This document shows positions 38,553-47,933 of a stretch of 64,000 nucleotides of DNA, in pieces. Position 1 is the stretch's first letter. Each line of letters opens with the position of its first letter. Location of the stretch: the IMG/VR virus record IMGVR_UViG_3300035181_001618, positions 62,001 through 126,000 of that record; one strand, given 5' to 3'. The DNA is from an uncultured virus (IMG/VR IMGVR_UViG_3300035181_001618) (taxonomy: Duplodnaviria > Heunggongvirae > Uroviricota > Caudoviricetes). The position numbers and the translations under genes were made by a program. The notes below the pieces were generated by a model that was given only the letters and a program-made list of their open reading frames with translations, did not search any database and was not told where the DNA came from.

Positions 38553-39222
38553 AGCCTGCATCGATTAGCTCCTGCTCTAAGCGAAGAACACCTGCTCGAT
38601 TGCGTAACGCAACCTTCAGGCGGGGGATGAAGAAGTCCTTTAGCTCCTCAACCTGCTTCTCATCAAGGATCTCAGGCGCGCAGGTGAATGCGAGACTTTG
38701 GAGCTGAGGGAAGAACGCCAGTCTAGGCAAGCATGTGGGCTTTTCAAGGTAGCCCAAGTTGATAGTTTCTGCCGCGCTGCCCGCAGCGTGCTTGGGGTCA
38801 ACACGCTGGGCAAGCTGCTCATTGAGCACCAACGCAGAAACTCGACGAGGACAGCCGTTCCAGCTAGGGATAGCTGATGATGAGACGTTAATGAAGTCGA
38901 CGACTTCAGGAAATCCCTCAAAGGAGATGATGTCAGGGTTGGTCCAGACAGCGCCGCTGACAATCTTGAAGTTGACAGGGAGACGGTTGTAGGGCTTCAG
39001 GCGTTGAGGCAATGCCTGAGCGTTGACATTACCCGCTAATGAGACACGTCCATCATCACCAACTGTGTGATTGGTGTAGGTGAGGAAAAAGGGACTGCCG
39101 CTCTTAGCATCGAAGGCAAGCTGCTTCTCAACCCAAGCAGCAACTGCTGCTGGGTCTGAGAGGTTATCGACGGCCGCTATTAGCTCAACAGGCGGCGCAT
39201 CATGCGAGGACGGAAGGGGCAT
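38536..39222 (-). CDS. LRR-like repeat phage protein
   Basis: LPVNF..VSG, SFEGFPEVV and SWNGCPRRV repeats; C-terminal LRLEQELIDAG. Confidence 0.55.
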   Translation of the reverse strand: MPLPSSHDAPPVELIAAVDNLSDPAAVAAWVEKQLAFDAKSGSPFFLTYTNHTVGDDGRVSLAGNVNAQALPQRLKPYNRLPVNFKIVSGAVWTNPDIISFEGFPEVVDFINVSSSAIPSWNGCPRRVSALVLNEQLAQRVDPKHAAGSAAETINLGYLEKPTCLPRLAFFPQLQSLAFTCAPEILDEKQVEELKDFFIPRLKVALRNRAGVLRLEQELIDAGYEEWV

Positions 39223-39856
39223 CTGGTGGCGTTTCCCAGGGATCCCGAATGATATCACATAACCCTAGCTCCAACGCCTCTTGTGCGGTGATCCAGCGGT
39301 CTGTGGGCGACAGTAGAATGTCCTTAACTTGCTGCTCTGTCATCTTGGTCCGCTTGACGAAGTGGTCAACGAACCGCTTGTGCATGATGTCTTGAGTCTT
39401 GCGCATCGCGATGAAGTCATGGTACGTGCCCTCGACGCCTTCACTGAAGTGGTGCGTCATGATGAACGCGTTCCGTGACATGATCCGCTTACCTGGCGTG
39501 CCTGAGACAAACATCAAGGCGGCCATCGAGCAGATTGCACCGATGCCGACGGTCTGAATCTCCAAACGGCTTACTTCCATGGCATCGATAGCCGCAAAGC
39601 CCGCATGCACGTCGCCGCCGTATGAGTTGATCAGCAGAGACAAGGTCGTGTCCGTGCTAAAGACGAAGTTGGACTTGATCAAGAACTCGACCAGGTCTCG
39701 CGATGAATCTTGAGTCACGTCATCGAAGTACATGTATGTGGCGTAAGATGCCAGCGAGAACATGTCAATCGGCGACACGCATGCCATCGAAGCCAGGTCC
39801 GAAGTAGCGAGCTCCTCGGCCGCTGCTTTCTTCATTCGACGTTGGGAGATTTTCAT
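39200..39856 (-). CDS. clpP: ClpP-like serine protease
   Basis: INSYGG, GAICSMAA, MTHH and DRWITAQEALELGLCD motifs. Confidence 0.88.
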   Translation of the reverse strand: MKISQRRMKKAAAEELATSDLASMACVSPIDMFSLASYATYMYFDDVTQDSSRDLVEFLIKSNFVFSTDTTLSLLINSYGGDVHAGFAAIDAMEVSRLEIQTVGIGAICSMAALMFVSGTPGKRIMSRNAFIMTHHFSEGVEGTYHDFIAMRKTQDIMHKRFVDHFVKRTKMTEQQVKDILLSPTDRWITAQEALELGLCDIIRDPWETPPDAPSVLA

Positions 39857-39877
39857 TTAAGCTCGTTGATTGATGGG

Positions 39878-40477
39878 TTACCTGTCAACCGAGAGGAAGA
39901 TTGTATCATGGTCTCGCACCTTTGATCCGATCTTTCCGTGCTCGATTGTAATATGGTAGAGCAATGTCTCGTGCTCTACGCCCTTCTCAAGGGCGGTGAG
40001 GCAAAGCCTCACAGAGCGTGCGTCACGCTTGACGCAGAAGTCGGTTCGAGCCTGGCCCGACTTCTCATGGATGAACACCTCGGACCACGTGTCGATGACG
40101 GTCTTGAACGTGTCAGCTGCAGCGTCAAACAGCTTTTCGCGCGCCACTGCACGGTCAGCGTCGCTCAGCAACAGCGGTAGCTTAACTGTTGGGCTTACCT
40201 GCTTGACTCGGCCTGTTTCAGCCGTAGTATAGAGCTTGGTAGAAACATCGCTGACAGCAATGTCAGTCAACGCTTTAGGGTTCTTGAAGACAGCATCCTC
40301 AGCTTGCGCCTTGTCTACAGAGAGCTTGAGCGACCGGGTGGCTTGCTTCCAGGCCCTTAGCAGCTCCCGCTGCAAGTCCTTGGTCACGTGATGCTTGACG
40401 TTATCGAAGCGATGAAGGGCAAGCACACTGCGCGCCTTCAAGCCTTCGGTGATGATAAAAGTTGCTAAGCCGCTCAC
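39878..40477 (-). CDS. hypothetical late protein
   Basis: GTG start 5 nt after TAAATA. Confidence 0.6.
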   Translation of the reverse strand: MSGLATFIITEGLKARSVLALHRFDNVKHHVTKDLQRELLRAWKQATRSLKLSVDKAQAEDAVFKNPKALTDIAVSDVSTKLYTTAETGRVKQVSPTVKLPLLLSDADRAVAREKLFDAAADTFKTVIDTWSEVFIHEKSGQARTDFCVKRDARSVRLCLTALEKGVEHETLLYHITIEHGKIGSKVRDHDTIFLSVDR

Positions 40478-40836
40478 TCAGCTATTTATGCGGACCAGGA
40501 ATGTTTGCTTCATTGATGTATCGAAGCACGTCCTCTGGCGTAGTTGAGGTGTACTCGACCGCGTAATCCTTGTCAACGTCGTCGACGTGAGCCATGGGTG
40601 CACCTTTACTTGGTACATGTGCCCATAGTGCACAAAGATCAGCGCCCACAGAGGCTTATTGTTGACAGTCTTGAGCTTGACATCACCTGATGTCCGTGAA
40701 GAAGGCATCTTCTATACAAAGGATCATAGTAAGGAGATCGCTATTCACACATGTGATGCTGCGTTGGGACATGCAAAGGACATGTAGCGACAACTCAGTT
40801 TTGCACAGATTCCTCCGCAATCCTAAATAGCCTCAT

Positions 40837-41466
40837 ATGACATATCGTTCGCCTTTCATCATCCAGCAAGGCTTCCTCACACCTGAAGAAGTAGCACGTA
40901 TCGCCGACCAAACACGAGTCGTCGAGCCAGACAAGGACTCAGAAGGGCGGCCTCTACCTATGGCTCGTGCCCATAAGGCGTCGGAGGACCTGATCTACAA
41001 CAAGTTCAAGCCGCTGATTCCGCTCATCGAAGAGCACTACGACATCAAGCACAAGGCCACCGAGACCATTCAGTTCCAGCAGTTTCCGACCTCAAATGCG
41101 AAGCTGGCAGAAGCCCCGCACTGTGACAACGCGGTTTACAAGCGGAAGAAGTGGGCACGAGTTTCAGGCCGTGACCTCTCCTGCATCATCTGGTTGAAAG
41201 ACTACCAGGACACCCCTCCCTTCAACCTCAAGCAGCACGTCTACGGCGGGAAGCTTGAGTTCCCCGTCTATAACTTTAGCTTCCAGCCTCAGGCTGGCAC
41301 GCTTGTCATCTTCCCCTCTTGCGAGCGGTTCATCCAAGCCACGACCTCAGTGCTCGTCGGCGAGCTGCAGCTCGCAAAGTTCTACGTGCACTCGCAAGGC
41401 CTTTGGCTTTACAACCCGGCTAACTTCCCAGGCGACTTCAGAAGTTGGTTCAACGACGTGGTCTGA
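40837..41466 (+). CDS. 2OG-Fe(II) oxygenase-like protein with divergent active site
   Basis: PHCDN, YGGKLEFP, P.AG..VIFPS; distal His position reads Gln. Confidence 0.7.
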   Translation: MTYRSPFIIQQGFLTPEEVARIADQTRVVEPDKDSEGRPLPMARAHKASEDLIYNKFKPLIPLIEEHYDIKHKATETIQFQQFPTSNAKLAEAPHCDNAVYKRKKWARVSGRDLSCIIWLKDYQDTPPFNLKQHVYGGKLEFPVYNFSFQPQAGTLVIFPSCERFIQATTSVLVGELQLAKFYVHSQGLWLYNPANFPGDFRSWFNDVV

Positions 41467-41638
41467 CCTATGCTAGGCTTCAACGTAACACCCGAAGGCG
41501 GTATATCCTTAAGCGGGGCTTCAACTTCTACCCAACAGCCGAGTGGGGTACTTCCCGCGGCTTCAGGTTCTCCCTGGGTAAGAAGCTCATCTTCGTGCGT
41601 TGGAGCGTCAAGCTAAGCAAGCTTATCGTGAGGTTCGG

Positions 41639-42073
41639 ATGAAGCTGGCTGAAATCTTATCCAAGGCTGACTTGCTAAAGGCTCAACAGGACTTCATCGA
41701 CACGTTTCCGGATGGCTGGAGCTTCAAGATCACAAATGATGGTAAGCTTGAAGCATCGGTAGAGGATGATACCACTCCGATGTATGCCACAGAGGATGAG
41801 ATCGGGCTGCCTGATCAAAGCGTCAAGTCAGCACCTCGAGCTCGAGCTGAAATTGAGGCCGACTACAAGAAACGGAAGATTGACGTCAAGGTTACCGGCG
41901 GCAAGGTGGTGCGCGGATATCTTGAGGACGCGCAGCTTGAGTTCCCCTCTTATACTGCCGCATTCGAGTACTACGTGCGAGACTACGGCGGCGACTATGC
42001 CTGGAACCAATACGGTAACTCATTCGTAGCCGATGATATCTGGGCTCGCATTAATGAGCTGACCGCATCATGA
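41639..42073 (+). CDS. MKL/LKxQQ family protein
   Basis: MKLAEIL...LLKAQQDFIDTFPD. Confidence 0.65.
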   Translation: MKLAEILSKADLLKAQQDFIDTFPDGWSFKITNDGKLEASVEDDTTPMYATEDEIGLPDQSVKSAPRARAEIEADYKKRKIDVKVTGGKVVRGYLEDAQLEFPSYTAAFEYYVRDYGGDYAWNQYGNSFVADDIWARINELTAS

Positions 42074-42537
42074 AGCTCGATCGCCTGACAAGAAGCGACT
42101 GCTCAAGATGCAGCAAGACTTCATCGACACGTTCCCTGACGACTGGGACTTCAAGCTCCAGAGCGACGGTGGCCTGAAGGTCACAAAGGCCAATGACGGT
42201 CCTTGCTACCAACTAGACAAGATCTTCTACAACCCTTACAACACGCGCATCTCCCAAGACGAGTGGGAGGAGGTCATTCGGAAACGTTTTGAAGAGGTCA
42301 TGGAACAGCATGACCTTCCAGCCATCGATGTGACCTTTGAAAATGTCCACCCTGCCATCACTATCTGCGAGGCCAATGTTCAGTATAAGTCATATGCTGA
42401 TGCATTTTATGTAGCAATTCTCGAAGAAGGTAGTTGGGACGCCTGGGGGTAATGAGCCTGGGGATTTCGGTGCTGATAACATCTTGGAATTCATCGAGCG
42501 ACAAATCAAAAACGGAAACATCAAACATGACAATTGA
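42070..42537 (+). pseudogene. tandem paralog of the previous gene with two frameshifts
   Basis: MKL at 42070 is out of frame with LLKMQQDFIDTFPD; a G5 run at 42445-42449 splits off a C-terminal NEPGDFGADNIL that matches the paralog's GNSFVADDI. Confidence 0.6.
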
Positions 42538-43111
42538 CCTCTTTGAACAAGCACTCAGCCGCGCCATGCTCTATGAGGTAGGCGGCTTCTGGAACCTCGA
42601 GACGCCGGGTGTGCGAGAAGGCCTGATCAAGACCCAAGCCCAACGTAAGGCCGTAGGCTATACGAATGACCCGGATGACCACGGCGGTGAGACCAAGTTC
42701 GGCGTTGCTAAGGCGGCCAACCCAGACCTCAACATCGCAGCGCTAGACTGGGAAGGCGCTAAGCGTGTCTACATGAAGCGCTACTGGCTGCCAGGCGACT
42801 GTCAAGACATGCCTAAGCTGGTAGCCCTAATGCACTTTGACGGGTGCGTCAACCACGGCGTTGGGCGGGCCGCAACCATGCTGCAAAAGGCTGTCGGCGC
42901 TACGCCAGACGGTGACATTGGGCCAGCCACCCTCAACAAGGTCAAGGCGCTCGACCAGCTGGTCGTCTGCAACAAGATCGCTGAAGCTCGTACCGCTTTC
43001 TATCGGTCAATTGTAGAGCACAACCCTGTGCAAGCGAAGTATTTGAACGGTTGGCTGCGCCGGATTAATGAAACTCTACAGTACGTCAAGATTCAAGCAT
43101 CAAAGGGATAA
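42527..43111 (+). CDS. GH108 endolysin with PG-binding domain
   Basis: EVGG...NDPDDHGGETKFGV, FD..VNHG, DG.IGP.T and YLNGWLRR motifs. Confidence 0.9.
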   Translation: MTIDLFEQALSRAMLYEVGGFWNLETPGVREGLIKTQAQRKAVGYTNDPDDHGGETKFGVAKAANPDLNIAALDWEGAKRVYMKRYWLPGDCQDMPKLVALMHFDGCVNHGVGRAATMLQKAVGATPDGDIGPATLNKVKALDQLVVCNKIAEARTAFYRSIVEHNPVQAKYLNGWLRRINETLQYVKIQASKG

Positions 43112-43116
43112 AATAT

Positions 43117-43692
43117 ATGACCACCGTCAAGCACCCGCTAAGCGCAGGCATCCTGCACCCACTACAAGTCAATCGGTTTCGTGCTGTCTTCAAGACCCCC
43201 GAAGGTGAAGCATTGCCGTACGGTGACCCGTTGACCGCTCAGCTAGTTCGTACGTCTGAGTTTGGCCTCTACAAAGGCATTGCGGTGGTCATTGAAGAGG
43301 ACATCACCGGCCATGCGGGTCGTGCGGTGCAACAGCTTACCAAGCTGTCTAACTTCACGCTCGACATTGAGTACTTAGACGGCAATAACACAGTGATCAA
43401 GACCGCATCCTTCATCGGCTGTAAGGTTAGCAACACGCTGTATAGCGGCCTAGACTATGCAGGTGGGAAAAGCTCAGTTGGCGAGGTACTTCGCCTCTCT
43501 GTGCCGCGCTGGGAGGGTAAGAAGTTTGACGAGCTGGCAGCTGAGCATCCTACAGCTGCCACGCTGATCGCCTTTCTCAAGGGAGCACAGCTTGAAGTGA
43601 TCGCCGATCGTGACGGCAAGCGTGGCATCGCAGAGGTCACTTTGACTATCAACTACGGCGACTTGGCTGTCACTTGGGCCGATCTCGGCTAA
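43117..43692 (+). CDS. tail-tube (gp19)-like paralog
   Basis: GILHP...NRFR, IEYLDG and LDY motifs. Confidence 0.5.
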   Translation: MTTVKHPLSAGILHPLQVNRFRAVFKTPEGEALPYGDPLTAQLVRTSEFGLYKGIAVVIEEDITGHAGRAVQQLTKLSNFTLDIEYLDGNNTVIKTASFIGCKVSNTLYSGLDYAGGKSSVGEVLRLSVPRWEGKKFDELAAEHPTAATLIAFLKGAQLEVIADRDGKRGIAEVTLTINYGDLAVTWADLG

Positions 43693-43703
43693 ATATTGAC
43701 ATC

Positions 43704-44069
43704 ATGTTTCAGCTGCTTGAATCGCTCTTAGAATTTCTCGACTCGAAGGGTGGTGTCCCTACCGAGCAAGACCTGACGAACGTCAGGGCTTACAAGGACC
43801 TGGTCAGCACGTGGCCAAAGCTCGAGAAGCAGCTGAAGCTTGCTTGGAACGGCGATGCACGTGAGATGAGCCGGGACGGCCACAAGACAGCCGAAGGCGA
43901 GAACGTCTACATCTTCCCAAAGTTGCTGAAGGTCTCCAGCCTTGAGAAGTATGACCCCGACTTTAAGCTGACGATGCCAGCGAAGCGGTGCATCGCTGAG
44001 CTGTTCACGCTCTTCTGCGATAAGTTCAAGATCGCCAACCGGCGCAACACGAACTGGATGGAGCGTTAA
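43704..44069 (+). CDS. hypothetical late protein
   Basis: TAAATA at 43690; MFQLLESLLE. Confidence 0.55.
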   Translation: MFQLLESLLEFLDSKGGVPTEQDLTNVRAYKDLVSTWPKLEKQLKLAWNGDAREMSRDGHKTAEGENVYIFPKLLKVSSLEKYDPDFKLTMPAKRCIAELFTLFCDKFKIANRRNTNWMER

Positions 44070-44377
44070 GGCTTCTTAGCCTTGTTGGCCTCTTCGGCTT
44101 CCTTCACCTGCTTGACATACAGCTCGGCGATTCGCCGCAACTGAGACTCAAGCAGCACCGCCCGCATCTCTGAGTCAAACATCCACCGCGCTACAGCCCG
44201 GTCATCCTTGCGTAGCTCATCGGCCGTAAGCGCAGGGACAGGGGCAGGAACGGTCAGCAGCTCTTGCGGAATTGGCGTGACTACGCGCTCGATGCGCACC
44301 ATCACAGGTTGCTCAGGCTTGGGCGTGCAGCAACCTGTCAACGCGAGCAGGAGGACTAATGTCAGGGCTCTCATCAC
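44066..44377 (-). CDS. o-spanin (lipoprotein)
   Basis: lipobox LTGC, Pro-rich, directly downstream of the i-spanin. Confidence 0.75.
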   Translation of the reverse strand: MMRALTLVLLLALTGCCTPKPEQPVMVRIERVVTPIPQELLTVPAPVPALTADELRKDDRAVARWMFDSEMRAVLLESQLRRIAELYVKQVKEAEEANKAKKP

Positions 44378-44781
44378 TTCGCTCCTTGGTCACGTGCTTG
44401 CTGGATCGCCGTCACCGCGTCGACGATGTTCGGTGGCACAGGCGAGGCCTGCTTGGTAGCGATGCGCTTGCGGGCGTCCGCAAGGCCAGCCTTAGCGACT
44501 GACAAGTCAGTCTTGACGCCTTCAAGGGCTTTGATGGCTAATGCTTGATCAGCCTGCAGCTTTGCCAGCTCAGCCAAGTTTGAGTCATTGACCGCCATCG
44601 CTGTCTGAAGACTTAGCTTCAACGTGGCATTGTCAGCCTGCACGCGCTGAACGATGGCTACCTCGTCATCGAGCTTGCTTTGAAGGCTGTGCACCTTGAA
44701 CCAGACGCCACCGCTAATTAAAGCCGCAATTAGTCCGAAGAGCACAAATCGGTTGCCGAGAAGGGAGAGGAGGAAAGGCAT
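44374..44781 (-). CDS. i-spanin
   Basis: N-terminal TM segment plus coiled coil. Confidence 0.75.
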   Translation of the reverse strand: MPFLLSLLGNRFVLFGLIAALISGGVWFKVHSLQSKLDDEVAIVQRVQADNATLKLSLQTAMAVNDSNLAELAKLQADQALAIKALEGVKTDLSVAKAGLADARKRIATKQASPVPPNIVDAVTAIQQARDQGAK

Positions 44782-44830
44782 ATATGTATGTGTTAAGAGC
44801 CGCCTGTCAGTGACAGGCGGTGATGCGAGC

Positions 44831-45190
44831 TTACTCGCCGTCCTTCTTCGTGGCAGCGCGGGACTCTTCACGAGCACCCTTGATCTCGTCAGAGATCTTA
44901 GCGTCCGAGTTGAAGCCAGCATCGATTGCGAAGCCTGTAACAAAGCCTGTGTACAGGGTTGCCCAGAAGCTCATGTCAGCGTTGACGATGTCGCCTGCAA
45001 GGGCTCCGATCATCGCGAAGAGGAAGACGATGACCGTGTAAAGGGTAGCTGCCAGGTTTTCCTTGCCGTACCAGTCAAACAAGCCGACGTCGGTCTCCTT
45101 GCGTAGGTACTTCTTCAGATAGTGGGCGAAGCCGCCAAACATGCCACAGGCAATGAAGGCGATTTGATTGGTGTAAGGTGTGATATCCAT
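44831..45190 (-). CDS. putative holin
   Basis: three hydrophobic segments, charged tail, upstream of the spanins, TAAATA promoter. Confidence 0.6.
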   Translation of the reverse strand: MDITPYTNQIAFIACGMFGGFAHYLKKYLRKETDVGLFDWYGKENLAATLYTVIVFLFAMIGALAGDIVNADMSFWATLYTGFVTGFAIDAGFNSDAKISDEIKGAREESRAATKKDGE

Positions 45191-45194
45191 GCCG

Positions 45195-45617
45195 CTATTT
45201 AGCTGAAAGCGGCTTCTTTGTACGATACCAGCCTAGGGTTCTGCCGCTGGCTTGAGCCGCCGCGATCATGGCGTCATTGGTGACATGCACGCCTGAGTAG
45301 AGCGCTGCCGCACCCTTGCGAATTGCTTGCTGCTCAACGAAGTGGATGAGCTGCTTGTAGATGCCTTGTTTGCGGTGCTCTTCAGCCACCGCAGAGAACA
45401 GCACCCACGCCGCACGCTTAGGAGGGTCATAGCTCCAGACCGACGCGCCGATCACCTGGTCACCCAACAGCGCATAGGCTACCAGAGAACCGTTCGTGAA
45501 CGGCAAGTCATAGTCTGCGTGGCCTGCCTTGACGAGAGCGAGGTACTCCTCGAGCACGAAGACGAAGGCCTTCGAATGCGCAAGCGAGTCCTCGCTGACA
45601 ACTTTAAGGAGCTGCAT
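45195..45617 (-). CDS. GNAT N-acyltransferase
   Basis: AVAEEHRKQGI and N..M motifs. Confidence 0.8.
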   Translation of the reverse strand: MQLLKVVSEDSLAHSKAFVFVLEEYLALVKAGHADYDLPFTNGSLVAYALLGDQVIGASVWSYDPPKRAAWVLFSAVAEEHRKQGIYKQLIHFVEQQAIRKGAAALYSGVHVTNDAMIAAAQASGRTLGWYRTKKPLSAK

Positions 45618-46587
45618 AGAGCCTTGCCTCGCCGCTCTTAAGGCCTTCGATGAAGGTCTCGAGCGTCACGATGATCTTCTGGTCTAGCGGCTTGAACTGA
45701 CGCGTCACGATGTTCATCAAGGCTTGCCCCTCTGACACCAGGTCATTAGCGTTCTCAAAGCCTGTATATTTCATCGCTTGCACCAGCTCAGGGAACTGCT
45801 CGACATACATGCATGGCTTGATGAAGTAGCTAAAGCAGGTCCATGATTGGGCGATGCCAGGCTTGATCGAGTCAAATGACGAGTAGACAGCTTGATGAGC
45901 CAACCGCAAACCCTTGACAGCCGGGTGGTCAAGGTAAGAGAGGATCAATTCAGGCGAGTACATGAAGAACTTCGTGCAGCCCTCGATCCCGTACTTGATC
46001 AGGTGCTGTTGAATCGGCGTAGGGCCGAAGGAGGTAACAATCGGGTCACCTTCTAAGCTCGAACCCTTTGACAGGACCATGTCGCCGCCAGCCATGATGA
46101 AGGCGTGGGTGTCCTTGAATAGCTCGATCAAGTAAAGCTGGGCTAGCACTCGAGCATTGGTCAAGCAGTGCTCAGCGGCAAGCTGTTGGCCTCGCCCGTC
46201 ATAGAACTTTTGCAGGTCTAGGTCAATCAGCAATGGCTTGAGGTCAAACTTTCGACAGAACTCAAATGCTTGCTTGATGTCATGCTCGTTACGGATCCCA
46301 CCCTTCGGACCCCGTATGTGCATGATGACCGGCTCAAACAGAATCTTGCGGTCCAGAAGCGAGAGGCAAACCGCTTGCGAGTCCCCGCCGCCGCTCAAGC
46401 CCACACGAATAGGCTTGGTGAATTGGTTAGCAAGGTCCTCTACGGTGTTACCGCACTCTTCGCGAAACGACCTGACCTCACGAGTGACACCCGCTACCTC
46501 AACGGCGAACTTACCGTCGACGATTGGGTCATTGTGCCACTGGCCATTCCACCCCCACTTGTAGTGGTTATCCTTGCTGTATTGCAT
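45604..46587 (-). CDS. asparagine-synthetase-like PP-loop (ANH) enzyme
   Basis: SFREEC, GLSGGGDS and KYTGFE motifs. Confidence 0.65.
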   Translation of the reverse strand: MQYSKDNHYKWGWNGQWHNDPIVDGKFAVEVAGVTREVRSFREECGNTVEDLANQFTKPIRVGLSGGGDSQAVCLSLLDRKILFEPVIMHIRGPKGGIRNEHDIKQAFEFCRKFDLKPLLIDLDLQKFYDGRGQQLAAEHCLTNARVLAQLYLIELFKDTHAFIMAGGDMVLSKGSSLEGDPIVTSFGPTPIQQHLIKYGIEGCTKFFMYSPELILSYLDHPAVKGLRLAHQAVYSSFDSIKPGIAQSWTCFSYFIKPCMYVEQFPELVQAMKYTGFENANDLVSEGQALMNIVTRQFKPLDQKIIVTLETFIEGLKSGEARLYAAP

Positions 46588-47098
46588 GCTTCTTCCAGTA
46601 GCTGTGACGCTTGCTGCCTGGCGTCCACGGCAGCTTAACGTTAAAGTTGTATGCAACCCACGAAACAAAGGTGTTGCAGTTGTTGGCAAAGAGGTGAAAC
46701 CCCGTAGTTACCTTTGGGTAGTCATTGACTACGTCGAGCACGTCTAACAGCGCCGCGTCGCGTACGGTAGCCAGCAGCCTAGGCTTGTGGCCAAACCAGC
46801 GTTGGCCGGCATGCCTGTCAGAGGCGAGCACTACCTGCTCAAGAGGTGCGACTGGCCGCCGAATGTATGACCTAAATGAGACCTCTTGGTAGTCTAGCGT
46901 CTCAGCGCTGCTTACTTCAAAGACTGTATGCACGCCGTTTCGCACATAAGCCACATATGAATGCTGTCCACCCAGTCTTCCCTTCAAGCCAAACGTGCGC
47001 GCACGCATGAAGTGCAAGCCGTCAGGCAGCTCCAGCTCGATGTTCACAGCTTGGTCTTGCCAGCGGCCGAAGAGCGTGTCATGGAGAAGGGCTATCAT
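46568..47098 (-). CDS. permuted papain-like (NlpC/P60-type) peptidase/acyltransferase
   Basis: HSYV followed by NNCNTFVSW (His before Cys). Confidence 0.6.
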   Translation of the reverse strand: MIALLHDTLFGRWQDQAVNIELELPDGLHFMRARTFGLKGRLGGQHSYVAYVRNGVHTVFEVSSAETLDYQEVSFRSYIRRPVAPLEQVVLASDRHAGQRWFGHKPRLLATVRDAALLDVLDVVNDYPKVTTGFHLFANNCNTFVSWVAYNFNVKLPWTPGSKRHSYWKKHAIQQG

Positions 47099-47933
47099 GA
47101 GGAGACATCTTGTAGTAGTTGACGTGCTGCCTATCATAAGCCGCCTGCCAGCTTCCACGGTCGGTGTCCCAGTCACCCGTCGGTACAGGGTCATGGATGA
47201 AGTGCCCGTGACGGTCCTCACCCTGCACCCACAATGTCGACTCGGGTGCGAAGTTAGCAATCGGCTTAACATGGCCCGCGGCGAAGATCATACCGCACGC
47301 CAGGCGCGGCTCTGAGCTTGTGTTCGACGACGAGCCATGAACTATGTAAGGCGAATGCATCGTAATGTGGCCTGCTGGCACCTCCGCTGACATGAGGCGC
47401 CGCGGGCGCTTGCCAGTCTCAGGCTCAACAGCCGTCTGACCGCGCATCAGGAGGTTCGACTCGCTCCGCACGTCATGGTGCTCAAGCTGCTTCTTATCCT
47501 TGTGCGAGCGTAGCCGGTACCTGATCGCGCCGCTCTCGCAGGTCACGTCGTTGAACGCCAGCCAGACCGTGACCGCATCCTTCGGCGCGAAGTTCCAGTA
47601 GGTTGCGTCTTGGTGGTAGGACACGATCTTGCCGTCATTGGGCTCCTTGACCCAGAACAGGGTGTCCCAGCAGTGGAAGTCATCGCCCAGCACCGCCCCG
47701 ACATAGTGCCTAATCGCCGCTGACTTGACAATCTCAGCCATCCACGGGAAGAGCACCTGGCTCTTGCAGCGGTAGTCGGAGGCCATCAAATTGCGGTCAG
47801 AGATCTCAGCAAGCAGGTGCTGACGGTAGACCGCAACCTGCTCATCCGTGAAGACGCGCAGCGGCCAAACAGCTCCGATCTCGTCAAACTCTCGCTTAAC
47901 AGCTTCTGGGTTCAGGAGGTAGAGGTCGGTCAT
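47079..47933 (-). CDS. PhyH-family 2OG-Fe(II) dioxygenase
   Basis: K.P, HQDATYW, TVWLA and HGS..N....R motifs. Confidence 0.88.
   Translation of the reverse strand: MTDLYLLNPEAVKREFDEIGAVWPLRVFTDEQVAVYRQHLLAEISDRNLMASDYRCKSQVLFPWMAEIVKSAAIRHYVGAVLGDDFHCWDTLFWVKEPNDGKIVSYHQDATYWNFAPKDAVTVWLAFNDVTCESGAIRYRLRSHKDKKQLEHHDVRSESNLLMRGQTAVEPETGKRPRRLMSAEVPAGHITMHSPYIVHGSSSNTSSEPRLACGMIFAAGHVKPIANFAPESTLWVQGEDRHGHFIHDPVPTGDWDTDRGSWQAAYDRQHVNYYKMSPHDSPSP

Noticed and set aside
40478..40800. Short minus-strand ORFs here and in 1-190
   Set aside because: Fragmentary with no recognisable motif; probably decayed remnants
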